From contig OX638329.1 of the NCBI GenBank assembly GCA_951812755.1, forward strand, positions 2,982,522-3,046,521: a DNA stretch of 64,000 nt, in the 5' to 3' direction. Source of the stretch: an uncultured Latescibacterota bacterium. GTDB lineage: Bacteria > Latescibacterota > UBA2968. The notes beneath the pieces were generated by a model. It searched no databases and was not told the DNA's origin. It saw nothing but the letters and a program-made list of their open reading frames with translations. Position numbers and translations under genes: made by a program. Below are positions 20,048 through 28,249 of the stretch, piece by piece; the stretch's first letter is position 1; each line of letters starts with the position of its first letter.

Positions 20048-20092
20048 GTTTTGATTCCGATAAGTAGCATTTGTAATATAGTTGTTCTTTCA

Positions 20093-20126
20093 GGTGCATC
20101 GCCCAGTGTTCGCTAAGCGATGCACC
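20093..20126. other. perfect 10-bp inverted repeat GGTGCATCGC-N14-GCGATGCACC
   Basis: Between the thioredoxin-like gene stop and the ADH start; no adjacent T-run. Confidence 0.4.
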
Positions 20127-20144
20127 GTAATTCGATCTCTTGCC

Positions 20145-20588
20145 TCACATGTCCATGTCCTCGCCCTCAGTTGTGGCAACATGGGCCTCAATTTTGCCGA
20201 TCATCTCATCGGCGGTATTTTCCCGGGTCAAAGTTTCCAACAGAGCCTTGTCGGCGGGGTTGATGATCAGGACCAGCCCGGTCTTGTTGTTGGTCTTGAG
20301 GTGTTGCTCTATGCCGAGGGCTGCAGCCAGCAGGCGGGCCTGCCCGGTTCGGTCTTCGTCGGTTACGTCCAATGTGAGAAAGAGAACAGGCTCGGCAGAC
20401 ATGGTTTCTCGGACTTCGTCGAGAATGGGCACCAGTGCCTTGCAGGAACTGCACCAGTCGGCGTGTACTTTGACCACGTATAGAGCTGGTGTGCCTTCGC
20501 CTTCTACTTCGACGGTGCCTGCAAAGGCGGGGGCTGAGGTCAGCAAAAAGGCAAGGGCGATGAGGGAGAGGCTACGTCGGGTTTGCAT
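20145..20588 (-). CDS. thioredoxin-like protein, secreted
   Basis: 'WCSSCK' CxxC motif; signal peptide 'LSLIALAFLLTSAPAFA'; start ATG 20588 with AAGGAG RBS. Confidence 0.6.
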   Translation of the reverse strand: MQTRRSLSLIALAFLLTSAPAFAGTVEVEGEGTPALYVVKVHADWCSSCKALVPILDEVRETMSAEPVLFLTLDVTDEDRTGQARLLAAALGIEQHLKTNNKTGLVLIINPADKALLETLTRENTADEMIGKIEAHVATTEGEDMDM

Positions 20589-20637
20589 GGGTTTACTCCT
20601 TAGAATGGGTGAATGAGCCATGTCGTTGGCTCAGGTC

Positions 20638-20680
20638 TGCAACTTATTTTCTCTAACTCAGGTATGAAAAATAAGTTGCA
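20638..20680. promoter_or_regulatory. 13-bp inverted repeat TGCAACTTATTTT-N17-AAAATAAGTTGCA, candidate operator
   Basis: 50-90 bp upstream of the thioredoxin-like gene start and just after the ABC permease stop. Confidence 0.35.
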
Positions 20681-20706
20681 AAAAACAGAGATGTGGTGGG
20701 TAGCCA

Positions 20707-21645
20707 CTATCTTTCTCGATGTCTCAGTCTATCAACTGCGACTGCGACGACTATAATAATGCCAGTGACGATTTCTTGCACCCAATTTGGCAAGCCCATT
20801 TGTGAACAGCCAGAGCGGATGACGGTCATGATCAGTGCGCCGACCACGCTGCCGAGCACTGAGCCTTCGCCGCCCGAGAGGCTGCCCCCGCCGATGACAA
20901 CGGCTGCGATGACGTCGAGTTCGAGGCCAACAGCGACCGTGGGATCGCCTACGGTGAGGCGCGAAAATTGGAGGAGTCCGGCTATGCCTGCGGATGTTCC
21001 TGCAAGGGTATAGATGAGTAATTTGGTGGCTTCGACGCGGATACCGCACAGGCGAGCCGTGTTTTCGTTGGAGCCAATGGCGACGATGTGTTTACCCGGG
21101 CGGGTATAGGCGAGGAATCCGCCAGTGAGGAGGGCGAGGATGATGAGGAGCCATACGCCGGGCGGGAATATCCACCACGCACCTCGCGGGAGTGCTGCGA
21201 GCAGGTCGATGAGATAGGTGAGGGGCGCGTCGATTTTCTGTTCGCTGGCCAGTCCTTTGGCTATGCCGCGCACGAGCAGTAGCGTGCCGAGTGTGACGAT
21301 AAAAGGCACGACGCGAAAACGGGTGATGATCAGACCGTTGACAAGGCCACACAGCGCACCTGTGAGTATGCCGATGAGCGCGGCAACAGGGGGTGACAGG
21401 TCCGCCTGGAGCGATGCTGCGATGGCGACGGTGGTCAGGGCTATGATGGAGCCGACGGAGAGGTCAATGCCCCCGGCGATGATAACGAGGGTCATGCCGA
21501 GTGCTGCCGTGCCGACAATGGCTGTTTGACGCGCGATGGTTTCGAGGTTGCGACCACTGCTAAAGCTGTCGGGACCGAGTATGGCGAATAGGCCGTAAAC
21601 TGCGAATAGGCCGAGCAAGGGGGCAAAGCGCGATAGATGATTCAC
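20707..21645 (-). CDS. sugar ABC transporter permease (RbsC-like)
   Basis: Multi-TM protein; GTG start 21645 overlaps the ATPase stop (GTGA). Confidence 0.8.
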   Translation of the reverse strand: MNHLSRFAPLLGLFAVYGLFAILGPDSFSSGRNLETIARQTAIVGTAALGMTLVIIAGGIDLSVGSIIALTTVAIAASLQADLSPPVAALIGILTGALCGLVNGLIITRFRVVPFIVTLGTLLLVRGIAKGLASEQKIDAPLTYLIDLLAALPRGAWWIFPPGVWLLIILALLTGGFLAYTRPGKHIVAIGSNENTARLCGIRVEATKLLIYTLAGTSAGIAGLLQFSRLTVGDPTVAVGLELDVIAAVVIGGGSLSGGEGSVLGSVVGALIMTVIRSGCSQMGLPNWVQEIVTGIIIVVAVAVDRLRHRER

Positions 21646-23138
21646 TCTGCGACCTCCTGTCCGGTCGCTTCGAGCATGAGGCTGTGTTCGCTGCATTTGT
21701 CAACGGGATGTGCAGGGCCGAGGCGACCGCGATACATGACGGCGATGCGGTCGCATATCCCGAGGAGTTCGGGCAGGTAACTGCTTACGAGGAGGATGGC
21801 TTTGCCCTGTGTGGCGAGTTGGTCAATCAGGTGGTAGATGTCGGCTTTGCTGGCAATGTCAATGCCGCGCGTGGGTTCGTCCAAAAGCAGGCAATCTACG
21901 TCGTGGTGGAGAAGGCGGGCGAGCGCGACTCTTTGCTGGTTGCCGCCGGAGAGGTCTGCAATGGATTGTGCAGGTCCCGATGTGCGAATGTTGAGTCGAG
22001 ATATCCACTGATGGGCAATGGCGTGCAGTTTTTCCGGAAAGATGATCCCTCTGGGCAAGCGCGAGAGGGTGAGGTTATCGGCGAGACTCATGGATTGGGC
22101 GAGACCTTCGTCTTTGCGATCTTCGCTGAGCAATCCCATTCCCTGAGCGAGACGCTGTGCAGGTGTTGCGCGGGCAGTGTTGTGCGCGAAGGTGATATTG
22201 CCTTTGCGGATGGGGTCAAGGCCAAAGAGGGCGCGCAAAAGTTCCGTGCGACCCGCGCCGATGAGTCCGCCAATGCCGAGTACTTCTCCGCGGTGTAAGA
22301 CGAGGGACGCGCTGTGAGGGAGATGGGCGCCAGCGAGATCTGTGAGATCGAGGAGTGGTTCGCCCGGCGTGCGATTGGAGCGGGGAAACAAGTCGTCAAT
22401 TTGTCTGCCGACCATGAGGTGGACGATGTCGGGTATGGGGGTTGGGGCGACCAGGCCGCTGCCCGCGCTTTTCCCATCTCGCAAAACTGTGAATTGATCG
22501 GCGATTTCTTTGATTTCTTCGAGGAAATGCGAGATATAGACGATTGCCAAATTTCGCGCTTTCAGGCGTTGTATCACGCGAAACAAGCGGTTGACATCTG
22601 CGCGCGTGAGGCTGCTGGTGGGTTCGTCGAGGACGAGGACTCGGCATTGAACAGATAGTGCGCGTGCGATTTCTACGATTTGTCTTTCGGCAATGGTGAG
22701 GCTGCTCACGCGCGCGTGGGGATCGATATCGGCATGGTCGAGTTCTATTAGTGCGTTTTGAACAAGGGCGTGCATGTCTGATTTTTGCAACAGCCCGCGT
22801 CGTGTGATTTCCATTCCGAGGAGGACGTTTTCCGCAACGGTTAGATGGGGCGCGAGGGAGAGTTCTTGATAGATCATGGTCACGCCCTGCTGTCGCGCCT
22901 GGAGAGGATTGGCAGGTGCAAAGGGCGATCCGTCAATAGTCATTTCCCCGGCATCGGGCTGCAAGGCTCCCGAGAGTACTTTCATCAGGGTGCTTTTACC
23001 CGCGCCATTTTCACCGATGAGGGCGTGGACCTCGCTGGCTGAAACGGCAAAATCGACATTGTCGAGCGCAATAGTCGCGCCAAAGGTTTTGCGGATGCCG
23101 CGCATGGCAAAGCGCGGATGTTTGGAAACAGAAGACAT
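21642..23138 (-). CDS. sugar ABC transporter ATP-binding protein, duplicated NBD (RbsA-like)
   Basis: 498 aa; 'GENGAGKST', 'LVLDEPTSSL' and a second NBD with 'LSGGNQQRVALAR...LLLDEPTRGID'. Confidence 0.85.
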   Translation of the reverse strand: MSSVSKHPRFAMRGIRKTFGATIALDNVDFAVSASEVHALIGENGAGKSTLMKVLSGALQPDAGEMTIDGSPFAPANPLQARQQGVTMIYQELSLAPHLTVAENVLLGMEITRRGLLQKSDMHALVQNALIELDHADIDPHARVSSLTIAERQIVEIARALSVQCRVLVLDEPTSSLTRADVNRLFRVIQRLKARNLAIVYISHFLEEIKEIADQFTVLRDGKSAGSGLVAPTPIPDIVHLMVGRQIDDLFPRSNRTPGEPLLDLTDLAGAHLPHSASLVLHRGEVLGIGGLIGAGRTELLRALFGLDPIRKGNITFAHNTARATPAQRLAQGMGLLSEDRKDEGLAQSMSLADNLTLSRLPRGIIFPEKLHAIAHQWISRLNIRTSGPAQSIADLSGGNQQRVALARLLHHDVDCLLLDEPTRGIDIASKADIYHLIDQLATQGKAILLVSSYLPELLGICDRIAVMYRGRLGPAHPVDKCSEHSLMLEATGQEVAE

Positions 23139-23158
23139 AGAGGATAGGCCTGACCGGT

Positions 23159-24658
23159 TTATCGGACAAATCCCAACGTGCGGTGGATAATGTGTGGGTC
23201 AATTACGACTGCGGGTTTTGAGTTGGGCGTAATTTGTTTCCCGAAAGCAGAAGCGAATGCGAGGAAGTCCGAGAAACCAACCATACCATCTGCATCGATG
23301 TCGAATCGCGGGTCAAAATCCGGGTCTGAACTGCTCTTGCCAAAGTGGGCGGCGAACAGTAGGAAGTCTGTGAAGCCGATTACGAGATCGCCGTCAAAAT
23401 CAAAGATTCCGAGCGCGACTGTGGGGGTGAATCGAACTTTTTTGAGGTACGCAAATAACAGGTCGAGATCCCGAGACGATTCAGCAATTAACACATCGGT
23501 CCCGCGTTGCTCAATCTTGAAGTCTGTGGATCCAAGGTGTTTAATTGAGAGTATGTCTTCGTAGGCGGTCTTGAACTCTGTCGCATCCCGTTCCGTATCC
23601 CATGTCGTGAACAGGACGAGAGCGGGTGTGTTATCCTCGCGGTGTTTGAAGACGGCATACTGGTCACCATGCCAGCCTGCGGCTGCCGAGTGTGATGGGG
23701 TATTGACATCAAAGGTATTGAAGATGATTCTGAGGCCAAGTTCGCCCAATGTATCCTGATCCAGTAATTCCCAATCTTCTGCGAAGGGTTCATTTGCCAA
23801 ATCTGGAAGTGCGATCTCCTCGAGAGATTCCCCTGCGAAGTATTTGTCTGGATGGAGAATGTGTTCCATCGACATTGGCGGAGTGGTGTACGCGCGATTC
23901 ACTGTTGCCCAGCCTCCGCGTTTTTTCAGGGCAAATACAAAGGCCATTCCGCGAAAGTAGATTCCAATTTGCTGTTCAAATAGGAAATCGGGGATTTCAT
24001 CCGTCTCATTGACGGCCGTATTGATAATATTGTTTATGAATCGCTGTAGTTGGGCATCTGACATCGCCCGTCCAGCGCGATCAAAAGACCAGAGGAATTG
24101 CACCAGCGTTGCATCCCCTTCGGCGAGGGCCTGATGTGCTAATATTTGATCGCTATTTGTTGCGCTGTCGAGCAAGCGGTCGAGTCCAAAGTGCTGATCC
24201 TGTAGCACATGCGTAAGTTCATGAGCTATAATCACTTGAAGCTGTTGTATGGAAATTGATCCTATCGGGAAGTTGACAGAACGGGTTGCGGGATCGTAAT
24301 AGGCTCCGACCTGGTCCAGCAAGGTCCTTTTCATTGCTTCGAAGTCGAAGGGGATACCGCCGTGGTGCAATCCGATGGCGCGGATGAACAGATCGTAGTT
24401 TTGACGAATTATTAGGGGTACGGACCGATCGAACTCGCTGTTTATAAAGGCGGTGATTTCCGCGTTTGTCCGATAGCGTATTGTGAATGGCTGGACAAAG
24501 TTGAGCGACCGGGTTGACGATACCTGTGGCTTAATTGTTTCGCTCAGTGCAGTCAGGTTGGGTAAGATCTGCGATAGGGCGATTGAAGGGATGGCGATGA
24601 TAATTATTGCAATTCGGCAAAGTTTTTTCACTATTTTTGCTCCATTTACTTGAGCCAT
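23159..24658 (-). CDS. secreted HExxH metallopeptidase-like protein with C-terminal dockerin-like repeats
   Basis: Signal peptide; 'HELTHVLQ' motif; tandem 'DFDGDLVIGFTDFLLFAAHFG' and 'DIDADGMVGFSDFLAFASAFG'; 13-bp overlap with the binding-protein gene. Confidence 0.45.
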   Translation of the reverse strand: MAQVNGAKIVKKLCRIAIIIIAIPSIALSQILPNLTALSETIKPQVSSTRSLNFVQPFTIRYRTNAEITAFINSEFDRSVPLIIRQNYDLFIRAIGLHHGGIPFDFEAMKRTLLDQVGAYYDPATRSVNFPIGSISIQQLQVIIAHELTHVLQDQHFGLDRLLDSATNSDQILAHQALAEGDATLVQFLWSFDRAGRAMSDAQLQRFINNIINTAVNETDEIPDFLFEQQIGIYFRGMAFVFALKKRGGWATVNRAYTTPPMSMEHILHPDKYFAGESLEEIALPDLANEPFAEDWELLDQDTLGELGLRIIFNTFDVNTPSHSAAAGWHGDQYAVFKHREDNTPALVLFTTWDTERDATEFKTAYEDILSIKHLGSTDFKIEQRGTDVLIAESSRDLDLLFAYLKKVRFTPTVALGIFDFDGDLVIGFTDFLLFAAHFGKSSSDPDFDPRFDIDADGMVGFSDFLAFASAFGKQITPNSKPAVVIDPHIIHRTLGFVR

Positions 24659-25626
24659 TTATCCAGGTCTGGCGTCAATACATCTTTGATGTCTGGATTG
24701 TTCATGTTGTCTTTGGTGACGAGGGCAACGCCGGTGTCAACGCGTTTTTCAACGGGTTGGTTTTTTAGATGTGCGACCATGGTTTTGACGCCGAGGTAGC
24801 CCATTCTAAAGGGGTTTTGCAGTACAAGCCCGTGGATTTGATCGTTTTCGAGGGCTTCGACGAGTTTTTCCGAGCTGTCAAAGCCGATGAATATGACACT
24901 GCCAGCGAGTCCCGCGTCTTGCAGGGCGCGCAGCATGCCAAATGTGGTGGATTCGTTGGGGCAGAAGATGCCCTGGATGATGAGTTTGCCGTTTGCGTCT
25001 TTTAAGGGCGCGAGCAAGTTTTCGCTGGCTTGATACGCGCTTTCAGTGGTGGCACCCCCGTGTTGATTTGATGAGATAATTTCGATGTCTGAGTGCTCGC
25101 CTATTGCGTCGAGAAATCCCTGTTCGCGTTTCATCGTGCTGGCAGAGCCTTCCTGATAGCGCAGCATGATGACTTTGCCCTTTTGGTTCAGGCGTTGGGC
25201 CATGTCGGCACCTGCGAGGCGTCCTCCGCGATAATTGTCGGTGGCGACAAAGGAGACGTAGTCATCGCTTTGAAGGCCCGAGTCGATAATGACGACTGGA
25301 ATGCCGCTGCTTACGGCATTGGCGACGGGTAAGCGAAGGGCGGTGTCGTCAAGGGGCGCGAGCACAATGCCCGAAACGCCGCGGGAGATGAAGTTTTCGA
25401 CCAGTGCGATCTGGTCTTCGCGGTCGTCTTCTTTGAGCGGGCCTTTCCATATTATTTCTATGTCTAACTCGCGCTGCGCTTTGACAGCACCTGCGTGAAT
25501 CGATTTCCAGAACTCGTGGGTTGTGCCTTTGGGTATGACGGCAATGGTTGTTTTTGCCGGGCCGGTTTGTTCACTACCACAAGCGATAAAGATCATGAGG
25601 GCCAATGAGATTAAGATGCGGTTCAT
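24646..25626 (-). CDS. sugar ABC transporter substrate-binding lipoprotein (RbsB-like)
   Basis: 'LISLALMIFIACGSEQ' lipobox; periplasmic-binding-protein type I fold inferred. Confidence 0.8.
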   Translation of the reverse strand: MNRILISLALMIFIACGSEQTGPAKTTIAVIPKGTTHEFWKSIHAGAVKAQRELDIEIIWKGPLKEDDREDQIALVENFISRGVSGIVLAPLDDTALRLPVANAVSSGIPVVIIDSGLQSDDYVSFVATDNYRGGRLAGADMAQRLNQKGKVIMLRYQEGSASTMKREQGFLDAIGEHSDIEIISSNQHGGATTESAYQASENLLAPLKDANGKLIIQGIFCPNESTTFGMLRALQDAGLAGSVIFIGFDSSEKLVEALENDQIHGLVLQNPFRMGYLGVKTMVAHLKNQPVEKRVDTGVALVTKDNMNNPDIKDVLTPDLDKWLK

Positions 25627-26474
25627 TCCTTCTTACCTCCTTCACGTATATCCTCATCAGACGTAAGCCCCTCTCGGGCGATCCAGGATCTGTCCCATTT
25701 TTGGCCGCCGATGAGACCGCCATCGACAACGAGGGCGTGACCGTTGACAAATGAGGCGTGATCGCTGGCGAGATAGAGGGCTGCGTGTGCGATGTCTTCG
25801 GGTTGTCCCGCGCGATGGATAGGCTGTCCGCCAGCGAGTTTTTCGGTCATGAGATGATATGCTTTGTCAGATTCTTCGGGCGCGAGGTCCAATGCCGGGG
25901 CAAATATGGGGGTGGCAATGCCGCCTGGGCATATACAGTTGACGCGGATGTTGTGTGGTCCCAATTCCATTGCTGTTGTGCGGGTGAGGTGTATGACGGC
26001 TGCCTTACACGCGCTGTACACATGCGGCGCATAGCCCGTGCGAAGGCCCGCGACAGAACCCGTGCTGATGATGCTGCCCGATCCCTGTTTTTTCATCACG
26101 GGAGCCGCGTGTTTGATGCCCATGAAGACGCCGCGCAGGAGAATGCTTACGGTTTTGTCAAAACCCCGCATGGATGTTTCTTCAACAGGTCCCGCTACAC
26201 CGCCATATCCGGCGTTGTTAAAGAGGCAATCCAGGCGTCCAAAGTGTGTGACCGCGAGGTCAATCATTGCTCTAATATCGGGTTCCCGCCTCACATTGGT
26301 GTGCTGGAAGATGGCATTGGGACCGAGTTCTTCTGCTACGGCCTGGCCTTTATCTTCCTGAATATCTGCGATGACGACTTGCGCGCCTTCTTCGATAAAG
26401 AGGCGAGCGGTTGCGCGCCCAATGCCGCTTGCGCCACCTGTGATGATCGCTACTTTTTCTTTGAGTAATCCCAT
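25623..26474 (-). CDS. SDR family oxidoreductase
   Basis: 'VAIITGGASGIGRA' cofactor motif, 'NNAG' and 'YSACK' catalytic motifs. Confidence 0.85.
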   Translation of the reverse strand: MGLLKEKVAIITGGASGIGRATARLFIEEGAQVVIADIQEDKGQAVAEELGPNAIFQHTNVRREPDIRAMIDLAVTHFGRLDCLFNNAGYGGVAGPVEETSMRGFDKTVSILLRGVFMGIKHAAPVMKKQGSGSIISTGSVAGLRTGYAPHVYSACKAAVIHLTRTTAMELGPHNIRVNCICPGGIATPIFAPALDLAPEESDKAYHLMTEKLAGGQPIHRAGQPEDIAHAALYLASDHASFVNGHALVVDGGLIGGQKWDRSWIAREGLTSDEDIREGGKKE

Positions 26475-26540
26475 TAATAGCCCTCTTTATACGACGTTGC
26501 GTGTCAAACATACCCTATTTGGGTGATTGGATATGGGAAG

Positions 26541-26580
26541 CATACTAATTTTACATGAATTAGTATGAAATTAGTATGAA
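26541..26580. promoter_or_regulatory. inverted repeat CATACTAATT-N7-AATTAGTATG plus tandem ATTAGTATGAA x2
   Basis: In the 137-bp gap upstream of the SDR gene. Confidence 0.3.
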
Positions 26581-26611
26581 TATCCTGGATTGGCCATGTT
26601 GTAATCGATAA

Positions 26612-27487
26612 TCAGGCAAGGGCGAGGTCTTCTTGCCATACTGGTGGTCTGACGAGGGGCAGGTTGTTTTCCTCGCACCAGGGTTTGAGCGGGGTTTCGC
26701 CACCGCTGGTTTGATATTCTTCTGTTTTGACCTGTGTTTCGCCAAGGAGGTACTGGCCCAGTGGATCGAGTTTGTCCAATAGCGATTGGGGTTGTACGCG
26801 GTAATCTATGGGGGCGAGCCATCTGTAGCCATAACCGAACATGATGACTTTGCGGGTCTCGGCGGATAGATTGACACCGCCAGCGTGATAGGTCCGGTTT
26901 TCAAAGATGAGACAGTCTCCGGGTTCGAGATGCGGTTCGAATGCGCCTTCTGGATCGCCATTTGGGGGTATGTCGAGTGGTTCTCGCAATAGATTGCTTC
27001 CGGGCACGACGAGTGTGGCACCTGCATTGGATTCGGTGAGGTCGGAGAGGTAATAGGCACATTTGAGCATGCCCCGGGGAGCCGCGTGCTGGAGGTCGTT
27101 GTTGAGGCGACCGTAATCGCGATGCCAGTTTGGCGCTCGGGCAAAATCAGGCGTGCCGGGCGGGTCGGGGTGTTTGTAAATCAGGTGTGAGGTGGTGAGG
27201 TGAAGATATGCGCCGAGAAATTGCACGACCATGGGGAAGATTGTAGGATGTGTGAGGAGTGGCAGAAAGGCATCGTCTAAGGCGATGCAGTTGCGAAATC
27301 CATCGTAATATCCATTTTCGCGCGTTTGTCGGCTTGTTTTTTTGTCGCTGGCGATGAGTTGGTCGCATATTCCGAGCAGGTGTGCGACTGTTTTTTGATC
27401 GAGTGCCTCTCGCACGATCAGGCAGCCTTTTTCGTCGAATTCCCGGATGGTTTCTTTGGGGAGGATATTCCAATTTGGGGTGGTCAT
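26612..27487 (-). CDS. phytanoyl-CoA dioxygenase (PhyH) family protein
   Basis: 291 aa; 'WHRDY' and C-terminal 'H..G' 2OG-Fe(II) oxygenase features. Confidence 0.7.
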   Translation of the reverse strand: MTTPNWNILPKETIREFDEKGCLIVREALDQKTVAHLLGICDQLIASDKKTSRQTRENGYYDGFRNCIALDDAFLPLLTHPTIFPMVVQFLGAYLHLTTSHLIYKHPDPPGTPDFARAPNWHRDYGRLNNDLQHAAPRGMLKCAYYLSDLTESNAGATLVVPGSNLLREPLDIPPNGDPEGAFEPHLEPGDCLIFENRTYHAGGVNLSAETRKVIMFGYGYRWLAPIDYRVQPQSLLDKLDPLGQYLLGETQVKTEEYQTSGGETPLKPWCEENNLPLVRPPVWQEDLALA

Positions 27488-27533
27488 TTTGAGGTCCTTT
27501 TTGATCAGGTTTCAGGTAAGTTGTGGCCTGATT

Positions 27534-28244
27534 CTAAGATAGTGCCATTTCCAATTTGTGCTTTCGTTTTATCCAATCGGGGAGCATGCGCTCAAGTAAG
27601 TTATAAAACTCTGCCCCGTGATTGGGATGAAACAGGTGACATAACTCGTGGACGACGACGTATTCAATACATTCTCTGGGTGCTTTGATGAGTTCCAGAT
27701 TTAACGTCAGGCTGCCTTTGCTGCTCAAACTGCCCCAGCGCGTTTTCATATTGCGGATTTTGAGGATGGGTTTATTCACCCCCTTTTTTTGAAAGGGACG
27801 CCAGCATTCCTCAAACACTTTCAAAAAATAAATATTCGCCTTGCTTCGGTACCATTCTTCAAGCAACATCGCGATATGTTCAGGCTCGTTATTAACCGTT
27901 GCTATGTGAAAAAATCCCTGCTTTAGCAAGACCTTATCCGTTTCAGCCTGTCTTATCTTCAACCGATACTTTTTGCCCAGGTACAGGTGGCTTTCTCCTC
28001 CGACAAATCGCCGCTCTGGAGTTCGCGGGTCAAACTGTGCGAAATAGCGAAGCTGGCGTCTTATCCAACGCGCGCGTTTGTAAATGAGACGCTGGATGAG
28101 GTTTGTATCTGTTTCCAGTGGTGCTTTTACGGTCACTAAGCCGTTTGGATGAACGGCAATTTCGATAGATTTTCTGTTGGAATAACTCAGATGAAAGGGA
28201 ATGGATTCGCCCGCGTATGTGATGGCGTGCTGAGTTTCCGACAT
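27534..28244 (-). CDS. YgjP-like (DUF45 / M48-type) metal-dependent hydrolase
   Basis: 'VVVHELCHLFHPNHGAEF' motif; immediately after hsdR, a common arrangement. Confidence 0.75.
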   Translation of the reverse strand: MSETQHAITYAGESIPFHLSYSNRKSIEIAVHPNGLVTVKAPLETDTNLIQRLIYKRARWIRRQLRYFAQFDPRTPERRFVGGESHLYLGKKYRLKIRQAETDKVLLKQGFFHIATVNNEPEHIAMLLEEWYRSKANIYFLKVFEECWRPFQKKGVNKPILKIRNMKTRWGSLSSKGSLTLNLELIKAPRECIEYVVVHELCHLFHPNHGAEFYNLLERMLPDWIKRKHKLEMALS

Positions 28245-28249
28245 TAAGG

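Noticed and set aside
19005-20099. 364-aa ORF on the minus strand overlapping the alcohol dehydrogenase gene
   Set aside because: Arg/Pro/His-rich low-complexity translation in an alternative frame of a well-supported gene; typical GC-rich shadow ORF.
21684-22298. 204-aa + strand ORF
   Set aside because: Antisense to the sugar ABC ATPase gene.
25758-26468. 236-aa + strand ORF
   Set aside because: Antisense to the SDR gene.
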